From NCBI GenBank assembly GCA_963725865.1, contig CAVSAC010000010.1, forward strand, positions 608,001 to 672,000: a stretch of DNA of 64,000 nucleotides, in the 5' to 3' direction. The translations under genes and the position numbers were made by a program. Origin of the DNA: Candidatus Eiseniibacteriota bacterium (GTDB lineage Bacteria > Eisenbacteria > RBG-16-71-46). This document shows positions 1-12,599 of this stretch, one piece after another (position 1 is the first letter of the stretch; each line of letters opens with the position of its first letter). Under the pieces are notes generated by a model. That model was not told the DNA's origin. It did no database searches and saw only the letters and a program-made list of their open reading frames with translations.

Positions 1-2112
1 CCCGCTCGAGTGCTCGGGCCCCTGCCCCTCGTAGCCGTGCGGCAGCAGCAGCGTGAGGCCGCTCATGCGGCGCCACTTCGACTCGGCGCTGGCGAGGAAC
101 TGGTCGATGTACACCTGCGCCACGTTGGCGAAGTCGCCGAACTGCGCCTCCCAGATCGTGAGCGTGTGCGGGTCGGCGGTGCTGTAGCCGTACTCGAACC
201 CGAGCACGGCCGCCTCGCTCAGCATCGTGTCGACGATATCGAAGCGGCCCTGGTCGGCCGCGAGCTGCTGCAGCGGCACGTGGCGGGCGCCGTCCTCGGT
301 GTCGTGCCACACCGCGTGCCGATGGCTGAACGTGCCGCGCCCGGCGTCCTGCCCGGTGAGCCGCACGTTGCGACCCTCGATCAGCAGCGAGCCGAGCGCC
401 AGCGCCTCGGCACAGCCCCAGTCGATGCGGTCCTCGCCCACCATGCGCACCCGATCCTGGTAGAGCTTCGCGACCTTGGCGTGCGGATGGAAGCCCTCGG
501 GCACCCGCGCCGAGCGCTCGGCGATCGCGACCAGCGTCTCGCGCGCGACCGCGGTCTGCGCGCTCCAGTCCTCGCCGGCCCAGTCGAGCCCGTTCCAGGC
601 GCCGCCGAGCGGCACCTCGAGGTGGGGCTTGGACTCGGTGCGCGTGCGGCGGTGGGCGCCCTGCAGCGTGTCGGCGATCTCCTGCTCGAGCGCGGCGAGC
701 GCGGGCTCGGCGAGCACCCCATCGCGCACCAGGCGTTCCGCGTACTGCCGCGCGGCCGGCACGTGGCGGGCGATCTGCCGGTACATCACCGGCTGCGTGA
801 ACGTGGGATCGTCCATCTCGTTGTGCCCGTGCTTGCGGTAGCACACCAGGTGGACGAACACGTCCTTCTTGAACCGGGCGCGGTACTCGAGCGCGATCGC
901 GACCGCGTGCACCGCGGCCTCGGGGTCGTCGCCGTTGACGTGCAGCACCGGGGCCTCGATGACCCGCGCGATGTCGGTGGGATAGCGCCCCACCCTCACG
1001 TCCGCGGGCGAGGTGGTGAAGCCGACCTGGTTGTCCACCACCAGGTGCACGGCGCCGCCGGTCTGGTACGCGGGCAGCTGCGCCAGCGCGAGCGATTCGG
1101 GCACGATGCCCTCGCCCGCCAGTGCCGCGTCGCCGTGGATCAGCACCGGGATGCCGCGGTCGCCCGCGAGGTCGCGCATGTACACCTGGCGCGCGCGCAC
1201 CGATCCCAGCACCACCGGATTCACGAACTCCAGGTGGCTGGGATTGAAGTTCAGGTCCAGGTGCACGCTGCGCCCCGCGCGCGAGCGGTGCAGCGAGGAG
1301 TACCCCATGTGGTACTTCACGTCGCCGTGGCCCTGGATCTCCTCGGGCAGGTAGGTGGACTCGAACTCGCTGAAGATCAGCTCGAGCGGCTTGTGCAGCA
1401 CGTTCGCCAGCACGTTGAGGCGCCCGCGGTGCGGCATGCCCAGCACCACCTGCTCGACGCCCAGCGCCGCCGCGTTCTCGATCAGCGTCTCGAGCATCGG
1501 GATCAGCGTGGCGCCGCCCTCGAGCGAGAAGCGCTTCTGCCCCACGTAGCGGGTGTGCAGGAACTGCTCGAACGCGTCCGCGGTGAGCAGCCCGCGCAGG
1601 ATGCGCACGCGATCCTCGGCGCCCAGCGTGGGCCGCGCGCGCGTGGTCTCCATGCGCTCCTGCAGCCACTCGCGCCGGGTCTTGTCGGGGATGTCCATGT
1701 ACTCGACCGCGAGCGCGCCGCAGTAGGTGGCGCGCAGGGCGTCGATCAACTCGCGCAGCGTGCCCTGGAACGCGCCGCGGAACGGCTCGGGGTCCACCGG
1801 CCGGTCGAGGTCGGCCTCGCCGAGCCCGAAGCTCGCCAGCTCGAGCAGCGGATGCTCGCGCGGGCCCTCGCCCAGCGGGTCGAGCTGCGCCACCAGGTGG
1901 CCGAACTCGCGGTACGCCACCACCAGGCCGAACACCCCGCCGGCGGGACCGCCCTCGCGGGACGCCCAACCGGGCTCCTGGGCGAGGTCGAAGCCGGCGA
2001 AGAACAGCGCCCAGTCCTCGGGTACCGACGCGGGGTCGTGACGAAACCGCCGGTATTGTTCCTCGATGAACTCGGCGTTGGCGCGCTGGATGAAGTCGAA
2101 CTTCGGCGGCAT
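1..2112 (-). CDS. sucA: 2-oxoglutarate dehydrogenase E1 component (3' end runs off the window)
   Basis: Manual minus-strand translation from ATG at 2112 gives [38 protein letters not shown], plus the motifs [31 protein letters not shown] and HGDAA. Absent from the ORF track because it has no stop in the window. Confidence 0.95.
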   Translation of the reverse strand, partial: MPPKFDFIQRANAEFIEEQYRRFRHDPASVPEDWALFFAGFDLAQEPGWASREGGPAGGVFGLVVAYREFGHLVAQLDPLGEGPREHPLLELASFGLGEADLDRPVDPEPFRGAFQGTLRELIDALRATYCGALAVEYMDIPDKTRREWLQERMETTRARPTLGAEDRVRILRGLLTADAFEQFLHTRYVGQKRFSLEGGATLIPMLETLIENAAALGVEQVVLGMPHRGRLNVLANVLHKPLELIFSEFESTYLPEEIQGHGDVKYHMGYSSLHRSRAGRSVHLDLNFNPSHLEFVNPVVLGSVRARQVYMRDLAGDRGIPVLIHGDAALAGEGIVPESLALAQLPAYQTGGAVHLVVDNQVGFTTSPADVRVGRYPTDIARVIEAPVLHVNGDDPEAAVHAVAIALEYRARFKKDVFVHLVCYRKHGHNEMDDPTFTQPVMYRQIARHVPAARQYAERLVRDGVLAEPALAALEQEIADTLQGAHRRTRTESKPHLEVPLGGAWNGLDWAGEDWSAQTAVARETLVAIAERSARVPEGFHPHAKVAKLYQDRVRMVGEDRIDWGCAEALALGSLLIEGRNVRLTGQDAGRGTFSHRHAVWHDTEDGARHVPLQQLAADQGRFDIVDTMLSEAAVLGFEYGYSTADPHTLTIWEAQFGDFANVAQVYIDQFLASAESKWRRMSGLTLLLPHGYEGQGPEHSSG

Positions 2113-2296
2113 CCGGTCCTCGCGGGCGTACGAAATCCCCGCCGGACTGCCCTGCCCGGCGGGTGGCGCGGCCTTGTCGATGAGGCGGCGCAGATTAGCA
2201 CGAACGCACTCGGACTGCCGACCGTCCCGCTCGCCTGCCGGCGCCGACTCCGGCGGGTTGTGGCCGGACTCGCCGCCCCCTATCTTCGGCCGAACC

Positions 2297-3246
<950 letters not shown>

Positions 3247-3254
<8 letters not shown>

Positions 3255-4317
3255 GGCCCGCGACCGGTGGCGCGCCCGCCTCGAGCGCAGCGCCCTCGCG
3301 CAGCTCACCTGGGCGCGCGTGCTCGGGTTCCTGCGCGAGCCCGAGGCGGTGTTCTGGGTGTTCGCGTTCCCGATCATCATGACGCTGGCGCTCGGGATCG
3401 CGTTCCGCCAGCAGGGACCGCAGCGCACCCGCGTGGGCGTCGAGCAGGGCCCGGGGGCGGCCGCCACCGTGCAGGCGCTCGCCACCTCGCCCGACCTGGA
3501 GGTGATCACGCTCACGCGGGCGGAGGCCGAGCGCGCGCTGCGTCGCGGCCGCATCGCGGTGCTGGTGCGGCCCGCGACGGCGCGGGCGCCGGTGCTGGTG
3601 TACGACCCGCAGCGTCCCGAGACGCGGCTCGCCTACCGCGCGGCGCTCGACGCGCTCGAGCGCGCCGCCGGGCGCGTCGACCTCCTGCGCCCGCGCGAGG
3701 ACGCGCGCCCGCGGCCGGGCTCGCGCTACATCGACTTCCTGGTGCCTGGGCTGCTCGGTCTCAACCTGCTCGGCACCGGCATGTGGGGGGTCGGCTTCCC
3801 GATCGCCACCGCGCGCCAGCAGCACCTGCTCAAGCGCATGATCGCGACCCCCATGCGCCGCAGCGACTACCTGCTCTCGATGATGATCGGGCGCATGGTG
3901 TGGCTGGTGCTCGAGGTGGTCGCCGTGCTCGGCTTCGGCATCCTCGCGTTCGGCGTCGCGGTGCGCGGCTCGTGGACGGCGTTCGCGCTCATCTGCCTGG
4001 TCGGCGCGCTGGTGTTCTCGGCGCTCGGACTGCTGGTGGCGTGCCGCGCGCGCACGGTCGAGGCGGTCTCGGGCCTGATGAACGTGGTGATGCTGCCGAT
4101 GTGGATGCTCTCGGGATCGTTCTTCTCCTCGGAGCGCTTTCCGGCCGCGATGCAGCCGTACGTCAAGGCGCTGCCGCTCACGCTGGTCAACGACGCGCTG
4201 CGGCTGATCGCCAACGAGGGCGCCTCGCTGGTCGCCATCCTCCCCCAGCTGGCCGCGCTGGTGGCGTGGGGACTGGTCTCGTTCGCGCTCGCGGTGCGCT
4301 TGTTCCGCTGGGACTGA
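3247..4317 (+). CDS. ABC-2 type transporter permease
   Basis: Multi-TM protein with [11 protein letters not shown] and KRMIATP motifs; overlaps the ATPase gene. Confidence 0.9.
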
Positions 4318-4390
4318 GCGGCGGCGGTCGAACGAGTCGGGCGCGGAGCCGCAGCCCCGCGCCCGCGTGCCGATTCGCCGCAACCGGACG

Positions 4391-4792
4391 TCAGACCACG
4401 CTGCCGCAGTGCTTGCACTTCCGCGCCGCCTGGGGGATCGACTCCAGGCACTCGGGGCAGGTCTTGCTCGGCGCCGCCGGGGCCGCGGGCTCGGGTTTCA
4501 TGAACGACTTGGTGATCAAGAACACGCACGCCGCGATGATCACGAAGTCCACCAACGCGCCGATGAACGCGCCGTAGGTGATCGAGTTCAAGGCGCCGCC
4601 GTCGGGCTTGCGGCTCAGCACGATCGCCAGCTCGCGCCACGCGCCGCCGGGGATGGCGACGCCGATGATCGGCATGAGGATGTCCGACACCAGCGACGAG
4701 ACGACCTTGCCGACCGCGCCACCGATGATCACGCCGACGGCCAGCGCGAGCGCGTTCGTCTTCAGCAGGAACTCCTTGAACTCCTTCAGCAT
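4391..4792 (-). CDS. mscL: Large-conductance mechanosensitive channel with C-terminal CxxC..CxxC zinc ribbon
   Basis: MLKEFKEF...LAVGVIIG...VVSSLVSDILMP and YGAFI; C-terminal CPEC...CKHC. Confidence 0.92.
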   Translation of the reverse strand: MLKEFKEFLLKTNALALAVGVIIGGAVGKVVSSLVSDILMPIIGVAIPGGAWRELAIVLSRKPDGGALNSITYGAFIGALVDFVIIAACVFLITKSFMKPEPAAPAAPSKTCPECLESIPQAARKCKHCGSVV

Positions 4793-5084
4793 CGTTGCCT
4801 CCTGAGGGTGCGACCAGGGCCCGCGGGGCCAACCGTGCCCGGAGGATCCCGGCTCGCGCGAGGCGGGGAATGGTCGCCCGCCACGACCGGGGGATACCGA
4901 CGCACCTTAGCCGCTTCGCCAGGCCGCGCCCAACCGGAAGACGCCGAGGCAGCTCGCGTGACATCCCAGGTGCGGCGCCCAAACGCGTGACCGGACGAGG
5001 GCTGGCCTCCAGCTCCTCCCCACGACGAAGGACGGGCCACGAGAGCCCGTCCTCCGGTGAGTCGTGCGCGATGCGAGCGTCGGG

Positions 5085-5513
5085 TCAGCTCTGAAGCGTC
5101 GCCTCCAGCGTGATCCTGGCGTTCAGCAGCTTCGAGATCGGGCAGCCCGCCTTGGCGCCCGCTGCCGCCTCGTCGAACTTCGCCTTGTCGGCGCCCGGAA
5201 TGCGCGCCACCAAGGTGAGCGCGCTGGAGGTGACGGAGAAGCCGCCGTCGGTCTTCTCGAGCGTCACGGTGGCCGTGACGTTCAGGCTCTCCGCGGTCAT
5301 GCCACGCTCGCCCAGTTGGCCGGACAGCGCCATCGCGAAACAACCGGCGTGAGCGGCCGCGATCAGCTCCTCCGGGTTGGTGGCGGGTCCGTCCTCGAAG
5401 CGATCGCGGAACGAGTACGGCGTGTCCTTCAACACGCCGCTCGTGGCGGTGAGGGTGCCCTTGCCGTCGCGAAGTCCGCCGTTCCAGACTGCCGTCGCCT
5501 TGCGCTTGATCAT
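5085..5513 (-). CDS. osmC: OsmC family peroxiredoxin
   Basis: TNPEELIAAAHAGCFAMAL and AKAGCPISK motifs. Confidence 0.93.
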   Translation of the reverse strand: MIKRKATAVWNGGLRDGKGTLTATSGVLKDTPYSFRDRFEDGPATNPEELIAAAHAGCFAMALSGQLGERGMTAESLNVTATVTLEKTDGGFSVTSSALTLVARIPGADKAKFDEAAAGAKAGCPISKLLNARITLEATLQS

Positions 5514-5559
5514 GGACGCCTCCCTGTCGTTCGAATCGATGACGGCCGGTTTCCGGGGA

Positions 5560-6129
5560 CTACGATGCGCGGTAGTACGGGTTGCTGCCGCCGGCGTGGT
5601 CGGTGGTGTCGAGGATCTCGCGGATCGCCGGCACCGCCTCGCGGATGCGGACCGTCACGCCCTGCTTGAGCGTCGTGTCCACCATGCCGCAGCCCTGGCA
5701 GCCGCCGCCGAACTGGATGAACGCCACACCGTCCTTGACGTCGAGCAGCGTGACGTAGCCGCCGTGGCCGCCCACCGCGGGGTTGATCTCCTCGTCGATC
5801 ACCTTCTGCACCGCCTGCGCGGTGGTGTCGCGCCAGACCGGGTTCGGGTTGTCGATGCGGAAGCCGCTCTGCACCGGCGTCTCGACGAACTCGATCGTGG
5901 TGCCCCGGATGTCGGGACCACTCGCCGCGTCGATGAAGACCTGGAATGGGCCGGCCTCGATCACGGTGTCGTCGGCCGCGCGCTCGGCGGGGTCCACGAA
6001 GCCCAGCCGGTACTCGAAGCCGCCGCGCCCGCGGCCGGTGATGCCGATGCGCAGCGCCTGTCCGGGCTTGCCTTCGCTCTGCAGGAGCTCGGCGATCTTC
6101 TGGGTCGCCAGCTCGGTGATGGTGATCAT
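5560..6129 (-). CDS. nfuA: Fe-S cluster carrier NfuA (Cys-less A-type domain plus Nfu domain)
   Basis: Start MITITELA; FRIDNPN; INPAVGGHGG and GGCQGC. Confidence 0.88.
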   Translation of the reverse strand: MITITELATQKIAELLQSEGKPGQALRIGITGRGRGGFEYRLGFVDPAERAADDTVIEAGPFQVFIDAASGPDIRGTTIEFVETPVQSGFRIDNPNPVWRDTTAQAVQKVIDEEINPAVGGHGGYVTLLDVKDGVAFIQFGGGCQGCGMVDTTLKQGVTVRIREAVPAIREILDTTDHAGGSNPYYRAS

Positions 6130-6388
6130 GGGTGGGGTCTCCGGAGTCGGGGTGCGTGGGGCGGGGCCGCGCCACGCACGAGTTGGATGCGCACAGTAGC
6201 CGCCGGTCGCATGCGATGCCAAGGGGCCGCCGAACGCCCCCCGGAGCCGCGCTGGTGCCGCGTCTGGCAACGGCCGACACCCCCGGGGTTGAAGGAAGCC
6301 GGCGAGAGAGGCACCATGCGGCCCGTTCCGGTCCCTCGCACCCCGGCGCCACCCTGGAGCCAGGGGAACTCCACGGAAGGAGTCCGAC

Positions 6389-8257
6389 GTGTCCGAGCAG
6401 CCCGACCTCAGGACGCCGGAGCAGATCGAGCGCGACTGGTACGAGCACGTCTACCGCGGCCGTGGCGACTCGATGCGCCAGCTCACGCCGCGGGCGATCG
6501 TGATGGGCGCGCTGCTCGGCTGCGTGATGTCCCTGACCAACATCTATATCGGGCTCAAGACCGGCTGGGCGCTCGGCGTCGGCATCACCGCCTGCATTCT
6601 CTCCTACGCGATCTGGCGCTCGCTGCGCAGCGTGCTGCCGTTCCTGCTGCGCAGCGACTTCACGATCCTCGAGAACAACTGCATGCAGTCGACCGCCACG
6701 GCGGCCGGCTACTCGGTCGGCGGCACGATGGTCACCGCGATCGCCGCGATGCTCATGGTCACCAACCGCCAGATGGACTTCTGGGTGCTGCTGGGCTGGA
6801 ACATCCTGCTCGCGATCCTCGGCGTGGTGATGGCGGTGCCGCTGAAGCGCCAGATGGTGAACGTCGAGCAGCTCCCGTTCCCCGACGGCACCGCCGCCGC
6901 CGAGACGCTGCGCAGCCTGCACGCCACCGGCACCGACGCGCTGCGCAAGGCGCGCGCGCTCGCCACCTCCGGCGTGATCGGCGCGACCATCGCGTGGCTG
7001 CGCGACGCCACCTTCAAATTCATGCCCTGGAACCTGCCGGCCGACCTGCCGTTCGGGCGCCTCACCTCGGGCGGCATCCCGCTCGCGCAGCTGACGCTCA
7101 AGTGGGACATGGGGCTGGTGCTGATGGCGGCCGGCGCGATCGCCGGCTTCCGCGTGGGTTGGAGCATGCTGCTCGGCGCGGTCATCAACTACGCGGTGCT
7201 GGCGCCGCTCATGATCCACCGCGGCGACATCACCGCCAGCGTGGTGGGCATGCCGATCGGCTTCCGCGAGATCACCCGCTGGTCGCTGTGGATCGGCGCC
7301 TCGATGATGGTGGTCTCGAGCTTCGTGGCGCTCGCATTCCACGGGCGCACCATCGGCCGCGCGTTCGCCGGGCTCCGTGGCATGTTCGGCCGCCGGGCGG
7401 CCGCCACCGACGATCCGCTCGTGGCGATCGAGGTGCCAGCCTCGTGGGTGATGATCGGGTTCGTGACCGCCGGCGCCGGCGTGGTGTGGATGCTGCACAG
7501 CCTCTGGCACGTGCACTGGTACATGGGCGTGCTCGCGGTGCTGCTCACGTGGGTGCTGAGCGTGGTCGCCTGCCGCGCCACCGGCGAGACCAACACCACC
7601 CCCACCGGGGCGCTCGGCAAGGTGACGCAGCTCACCTACGGCGTGCTGTCGCCGTCCAGCATGGTCACCAACCTGATGACGGCGTCGGTCACCGCGAACT
7701 CCGCCGGCTGCGCGGCCGACCTGCTGACCGATCTCAAGAGCGGCTACCTGCTGGGCGCCAACCCGCGCCAGCAGTTCATCGCGCAGGTCGCCGGGATCAT
7801 CCCGGGCGCGATCGTGGTCGGGCTGGCGTGGAACATCCTGGTGCCGAACGCCGCGGCGCTCGGCGGCGACCGCTTCCCCGCGCCGGCCGCCCAGGTTTGG
7901 AAGGGCGTCGCCGAGCTGATGTCGCACGGGCTCGGCGAGCTGCCGGTCAGCGCGCGGTGGGGCGCGTTCGCGGGCGCCCTCGTCGGGCTGGTGCTGCCGA
8001 TCCTCGAGCGCGTGTTCCCGCGCGCCAAGGCGTACATCCCGTCCGCGACCGGGCTGGGGCTGGCGTTCGTGATGCAGGGCTTCAACGCGATCTCGATGTT
8101 CACCGGCGCGCTGATCGCCCTGCTGCTCCAGCGCGGCCGGCCGAAGACGGCCGACACGTACGTGATCCCGGTCGCCTCCGGCCTGATCGCCGGCGAGAGT
8201 CTGATGGCGATCGTCATCATCGTGCTGCAGAACCTGCGGCCGGAGTGGGTGAAGTAG
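6389..8257 (+). CDS. OPT family oligopeptide transporter
   Basis: QLTPRA, NIYIGLKTGW, ENNCMQS, LPFPDGTA, DLKSGYLLGA and SGLIAGES motifs; many TM segments. Confidence 0.92.
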   Translation: MSEQPDLRTPEQIERDWYEHVYRGRGDSMRQLTPRAIVMGALLGCVMSLTNIYIGLKTGWALGVGITACILSYAIWRSLRSVLPFLLRSDFTILENNCMQSTATAAGYSVGGTMVTAIAAMLMVTNRQMDFWVLLGWNILLAILGVVMAVPLKRQMVNVEQLPFPDGTAAAETLRSLHATGTDALRKARALATSGVIGATIAWLRDATFKFMPWNLPADLPFGRLTSGGIPLAQLTLKWDMGLVLMAAGAIAGFRVGWSMLLGAVINYAVLAPLMIHRGDITASVVGMPIGFREITRWSLWIGASMMVVSSFVALAFHGRTIGRAFAGLRGMFGRRAAATDDPLVAIEVPASWVMIGFVTAGAGVVWMLHSLWHVHWYMGVLAVLLTWVLSVVACRATGETNTTPTGALGKVTQLTYGVLSPSSMVTNLMTASVTANSAGCAADLLTDLKSGYLLGANPRQQFIAQVAGIIPGAIVVGLAWNILVPNAAALGGDRFPAPAAQVWKGVAELMSHGLGELPVSARWGAFAGALVGLVLPILERVFPRAKAYIPSATGLGLAFVMQGFNAISMFTGALIALLLQRGRPKTADTYVIPVASGLIAGESLMAIVIIVLQNLRPEWVK

Positions 8258-8370
8258 ACCTCCATCGATCGCCGCGCGATTTCCGCAGCCCGGGGACCCA
8301 GGCGGGTGCTAGCCTTTCGGTGCGCACCGCCCCGCCGCGATCGTCACCCTCCCGCCCGTCGGAGGCCCTC

Positions 8371-10972
8371 GTGAACCGCACCCGCCCCGCGCTCCCGATC
8401 CTCCAGCCCACCGCACGCCTCCTCGCGATCGGCGCGCTCCTGGCACTCGCCGCGCGCGCCGAGGCGGCCAGCTGGCCGCGCGTCGGCCCACAGCCTTCGG
8501 TGGCCGGCGCGGCGCTGCTGCGCGACGAGGTCGCGCGCGGGGTGCGCGGCCCCGAGTGGCTCCAGCGCTTCCTGATCGAGTCAGACGATCCCGAAGCCGA
8601 CGCCTCGTCAGCGCCGCGCGATGCGACGACGCGCGAGCGGCTCGCCCCACCCGCGCACGCCGAGGGTCTCGCGACCGACGTGATCGTCAACGACCGCTCC
8701 GCCGATTTCCTGTGCGCCGGGCTGCAGCTTCCGCCCGGTCTCCCAGTCCGAGACCAGCATCGCGATGGACGGGCCGAGTCTGCTCGCGAGCTGGAACAAC
8801 GCGCGCGGCTTCTGCATGGGCACCGCGGTGCAGGGCTTCGGCTGGTCCGCCAACGGCGGGCTGACGTGGACCGACGGCGGCGATCCGGCGCCGCTGCCGG
8901 GGGGCGGCCGCTGGCGCGGCGATCCACTCACCGCGGTCGATCGCAAGCTCCACGCGTTCTACCTGGCCGGGCTCTACGAGGGCGGCGCGGCGGGCTCGGG
9001 CGTCATCGTCCGGCGCGGGCACATCGCGGGCGGCGTGTTCGTGACCGACGTCACGCGGCAGATCGCGTTCGGCGGCTCCAACTTCCTCGACAAGCCGTGG
9101 ATGGCCGTCGACTCGCTGACCGGCAACGTGTACGTCTCGTGGACCGACTTCCAGCTGATGGGCGGCGGCCAGATCGAGCTCCAGGTGCTGGACCCGGCGC
9201 TCAACGCGCTGGGCCCGATCCAGGTGATGAACGCGCCGGCGGCGAACGATCTCGTGCAGGGCTCGCGCCCCTGCGTCGGTCCCGACGGCCGGGTGTACGT
9301 CGTGTGGTACGAGTACGGCTTCCCGCTCAGCGTGATGAAGATCCGGCGCTCGCTCGACCATGGCGTCACGTTCGAGCCCGAGGTCGCGGTCGCGACGTTC
9401 TACGAGAACAGCTACAGCGGGGCGCCCGGCTATCGCCGCGGGTTCGCGCCCACGCTGCCCGGCATCGCGTGCGACGTCTCGAACGGGCCGTTCCGCGGGC
9501 GGGTCTACGTGACGTGGGACGAGACCCTCAACTTCTACGACGCGGCGTTCCCCACGACCCCGGTCCAGGTCGAGAGCGAATCGAACGACTTCTTCGCCCG
9601 GGCGACGCCGTTCACGGTCGGGACCGTGCTGCGCGGCATCGGCGGCGAGACCGCCGACGTCGACCTGTGGCGGTTCGAGGCCACCGCCGGCCAGACGTTC
9701 GTGCTGCGTACCGATTCGACGTCCACCAACATCGGCCTGATCGCACGTATCCTGTGCGCGGGCGACACCTCGACGTTCAACGACTACCGGATCCTCGCCT
9801 ACACCCTCGCCAATCCGCCGGCGCTGTGCTGGAGCGCTCCGGTGACGGGCACCTACTACCTGCGGCTCTCGTTCAGCTCGCCGGCGCCCGGGCCCTACAA
9901 GATGAGCACCACATTCGACGTCCCGGGCGCCGGCGACCGCGCGCGCGCCAATCGCGACCACTTCGTGGCCACGAGCGACGACGGGCTCACGTGGAGCACG
10001 CCGCGCCGGATGAACGACAACGCACCCGGCTCCGACGGCATCTTCGCCGAGATCGCGGTGGACGACCTCGGCCGCGCGCACTGCTACTGGCACGACTTCC
10101 GCGACGATCCGCTGTGCGGCGCCGAGTCGGTGGAGTACGTGACCTCCTCGGGCGACGGCGGTGTGACGTGGGGCACCAATCGCGCGCTCAGCGACGCGCT
10201 CTCGTTCTGGTCGTTCAACGCCTGCGGCTCCGCGAACCAGGGCGACTACCAGGGCATCACCGCCCAGGGCTCGCGCGTGGCGGCGCTGTGGGCGGACTCG
10301 CGCCTCGGCGACCCGGACGTCTGGGCCGAGGTCTCGGACCACCGCTCGAGCGTGGACTGCGCCGGCCCGTCGACCGTGCTCGCGGGCCGCGACACCACGC
10401 TGGCGGTCGCCGTCATCAACGACGGTTCGGTGGAGGAGACGCTCGGTTGGCAGGTGACGGACACGGACGCGTGGATCCAGTCGGTCACGCCGAGCGCGGC
10501 CGGGGTCGCGCTGGTGGGGCCCGGCGGCGGCTCGGTGCACCTGCAGGTCCATCTCCACACGCCGCCCGGCTGCGTCGGCACGTCCGATCGCGTGATCGTG
10601 CGGCAGTCGAACCTGCTGATCCCCGGCGAGGCCTCCGCCTGCACGCTGACCGTGAACTGCTCCGCCTCGGTCGGCGTCGAGGGCGGCCCGGTGGCGGCGC
10701 TGCGCTTCGACGCGCCGCGCCCCAATCCCAGCGGCGGCGACTGCCTGCTGAGCTTCGCGCTGCCCGCCGCGACGCGCGTGCGGCTCGCGCTGTTCTCGGT
10801 GAGCGGGGCACGGGTGCGCACGCTGGTGGACGGTCCGCTGCCGGCGGGCGAGGTGGCGCGGCGCTGGGACGGCCGCGACGACGCCGGGCGCACGCTGCCG
10901 CCGGGCACCTACTTCGCGCGGCTCGAGGCCGGCGCCGAGCGCCTGCGCCGCACGGTGATCCTCGCGCGCTGA
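8371..10972 (+). CDS. Secreted BNR/Asp-box (sialidase-like) protein with FlgD-Ig-like C-terminal domain (apparent +1 frameshift near 8720)
   Basis: Signal-peptide-like N-terminus from GTG 8371. Asp-boxes SANGGLTW, SLDHGVTF, SDDGLTW and SGDGGVTW. C-terminal PNP...WDGRDDAGR...GTYFARL. Confidence 0.75.
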
Positions 10973-11039
10973 GGCGCGCGGCGAGCGCGCTGCGCCGCCT
11001 CGGCGCGCTCGCGGAGTCCGGAGCGCGGCGAGTGCGCCC

Positions 11040-11498
11040 TCACGGGCACGGCTCGCTCGCGTAGACGTCTCCGCGGTCTCCGCGCCAGCAGCGGAGCGCG
11101 CGATGCAGGGCCGTCAGGTGCCAGGCCTCTGCCGCGCGCGCGAAGCGCAGGCGGATCCACGAGCCGCGCACCGAGTCGTCGAGGTAGCCGTCCGCCACCA
11201 CGACGACGGTCGCCGAGTCGGGCGTCTCGCCCCCGGCGGCCTCGAACGTGATCGCGAGCCTGCGAGCGGAGCCCGGCTCGCCGGCGCACAGCTCGATCGC
11301 GATGCGGAGCGGGTCCCGTGCCCACGCGGCGCCGGCCCGCGTCGCGGCGTCGATGCGCGCGTTCAGCGTGTCCACGGCCTCGACCGAGAACGACGCCACG
11401 TGCGGCGCATCCGTCCGCTCGTCACGGCGCTCCGCGCGCGCCGGCGCCGCGATCGTCATCAGCGCGGCGATCGCCAGCATCCCCATGATCGTCCTCAT
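11040..11498 (-). CDS. Hypothetical secreted protein
   Basis: Signal-peptide-like N-terminus, DDSVRG motif and C-terminal Cys pair; GC-consistent codon use. Confidence 0.65.
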   Translation of the reverse strand: MRTIMGMLAIAALMTIAAPARAERRDERTDAPHVASFSVEAVDTLNARIDAATRAGAAWARDPLRIAIELCAGEPGSARRLAITFEAAGGETPDSATVVVVADGYLDDSVRGSWIRLRFARAAEAWHLTALHRALRCWRGDRGDVYASEPCP

Positions 11499-11587
11499 GT
11501 CCTCGCTTCCTTCGAAAGACTTCCGGGCCGGAGGCCCGCGCGGTCGTCGTGCGGGCTCCGGCCCGGAGATGCGGCGCGGGGCCGAGA

Positions 11588-12214
11588 CTACTGGTCTTCC
11601 TCCATCGGCTCGGCGCCCAGCTCGGGCTCTTCATCCGAGCGGATCTGGGGCCCTACCGCCTGCACGTGCAGGAACACCCACACGCGGCGCCAGTGGCTCG
11701 ATTCGTTGCGCGCGGTCACCGACACTCCGATGCGCTCCTGCCGGGGGCGCAGCGGCACACGGTACTGCACGCGCCACACGTTCGTGGTGGTGTCGAGCGC
11801 GAACGCCTGCGGGTCGTTGAGTCCGTCCGACAGCACGACCTGGTTGACGTCCTCGGTCCCGTGCACCGTGAACTTCACCACCTCGCCCGGGCTCACCGTG
11901 GTGTCCGGCACCGCGACGGCGAGGTCGGGCGCCACCGACTCGGGCGATCCGAGCTTGCGCAGTCGCGCGCCGAGCTGCGGAGTCTCGCTCGAGGCGGCGA
12001 CCGGCGTGCCGAGGTTGGTCGCCGGCACCGCTTCCGTGCTCGGCGGCGACGTCGCCACCGCCGCGGTGTGGTCGCTCGGGCTGCTCGACTGGCCACAGCC
12101 CGACACCAGCAGCGCGGCCGCGCACAGCGTCAGTCCCAGTCCACCCCACCATGCCGCGCCCACCAACCAACGGTCGCGAACGCGCGTGCCCACTGCTCCG
12201 ATCCTGGTGCTCAT
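11588..12214 (-). CDS. Hypothetical lipoprotein with Ig-like domain
   Basis: Lipobox LVSGC, Ser/Thr/Pro-rich linker, beta-rich C-terminal domain. Confidence 0.65.
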   Translation of the reverse strand: MSTRIGAVGTRVRDRWLVGAAWWGGLGLTLCAAALLVSGCGQSSSPSDHTAAVATSPPSTEAVPATNLGTPVAASSETPQLGARLRKLGSPESVAPDLAVAVPDTTVSPGEVVKFTVHGTEDVNQVVLSDGLNDPQAFALDTTTNVWRVQYRVPLRPRQERIGVSVTARNESSHWRRVWVFLHVQAVGPQIRSDEEPELGAEPMEEDQ

Positions 12215-12350
12215 CGCCTGGTTCTCCTCCGGCTGCGTGGTCGGTCCAGCCCGGTTCGCCGGCTCCGGTGGTGGCCCGCCCGAGCGGGCCAGTGGAGCCG
12301 GCTCGGGAGTCCGCGGGTGGCGTCTGCCGCCCTGCTGACCACTCGCTATC

Positions 12351-12364
12351 TCAAGCCGCGTGCC
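12351..12364 (-). promoter_or_regulatory. Putative sigma54 (-24/-12) promoter for the lipoprotein gene
   Basis: Minus strand reads GGCACGCGGCTTGA (GG-N10-GA), one change from the canonical GG-N10-GC. Confidence 0.45.
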
Positions 12365-12429
12365 GCCTGGTCATCCCGCTGCCGCGCAACGCCTTGATCC
12401 AAACGCCTCGCTCGCCACGTCGAGCGAGT

Positions 12430-12445
12430 GTGTCAGCCTTGACAC
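12430..12445. promoter_or_regulatory. Palindrome GTGTCA-N4-TGACAC, candidate enhancer site
   Basis: Perfect 6-bp arms about 70 bp upstream of the putative sigma54 site. Further GGACAC half-sites end at 12527 and 12548. Confidence 0.4.
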
Positions 12446-12599
12446 GGAGGCGGGCAGGCCGGAACCTGCCGGCGGGCTTCAACGTGAAGTCCACCAATCG
12501 CGACGCGGAGTGTGGCTCATCGGACACGGCGATCGTGGAGAAGGACACGCCGAGGGAGCGGGCCGCGCGCCGGCCGCGGCTGCCCGCTCGAACCGCCCC

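Noticed and set aside
5377..11064. 1895-aa ORF and similar very long Arg/Ala/Gly-rich ORFs (e.g. 44104-48090, 47597-51244, and the N-terminal parts of 44196-49007 and 49004-52702)
   Set aside because: Off-frame or antisense read-through of real genes; only the sub-segments annotated above are credible.
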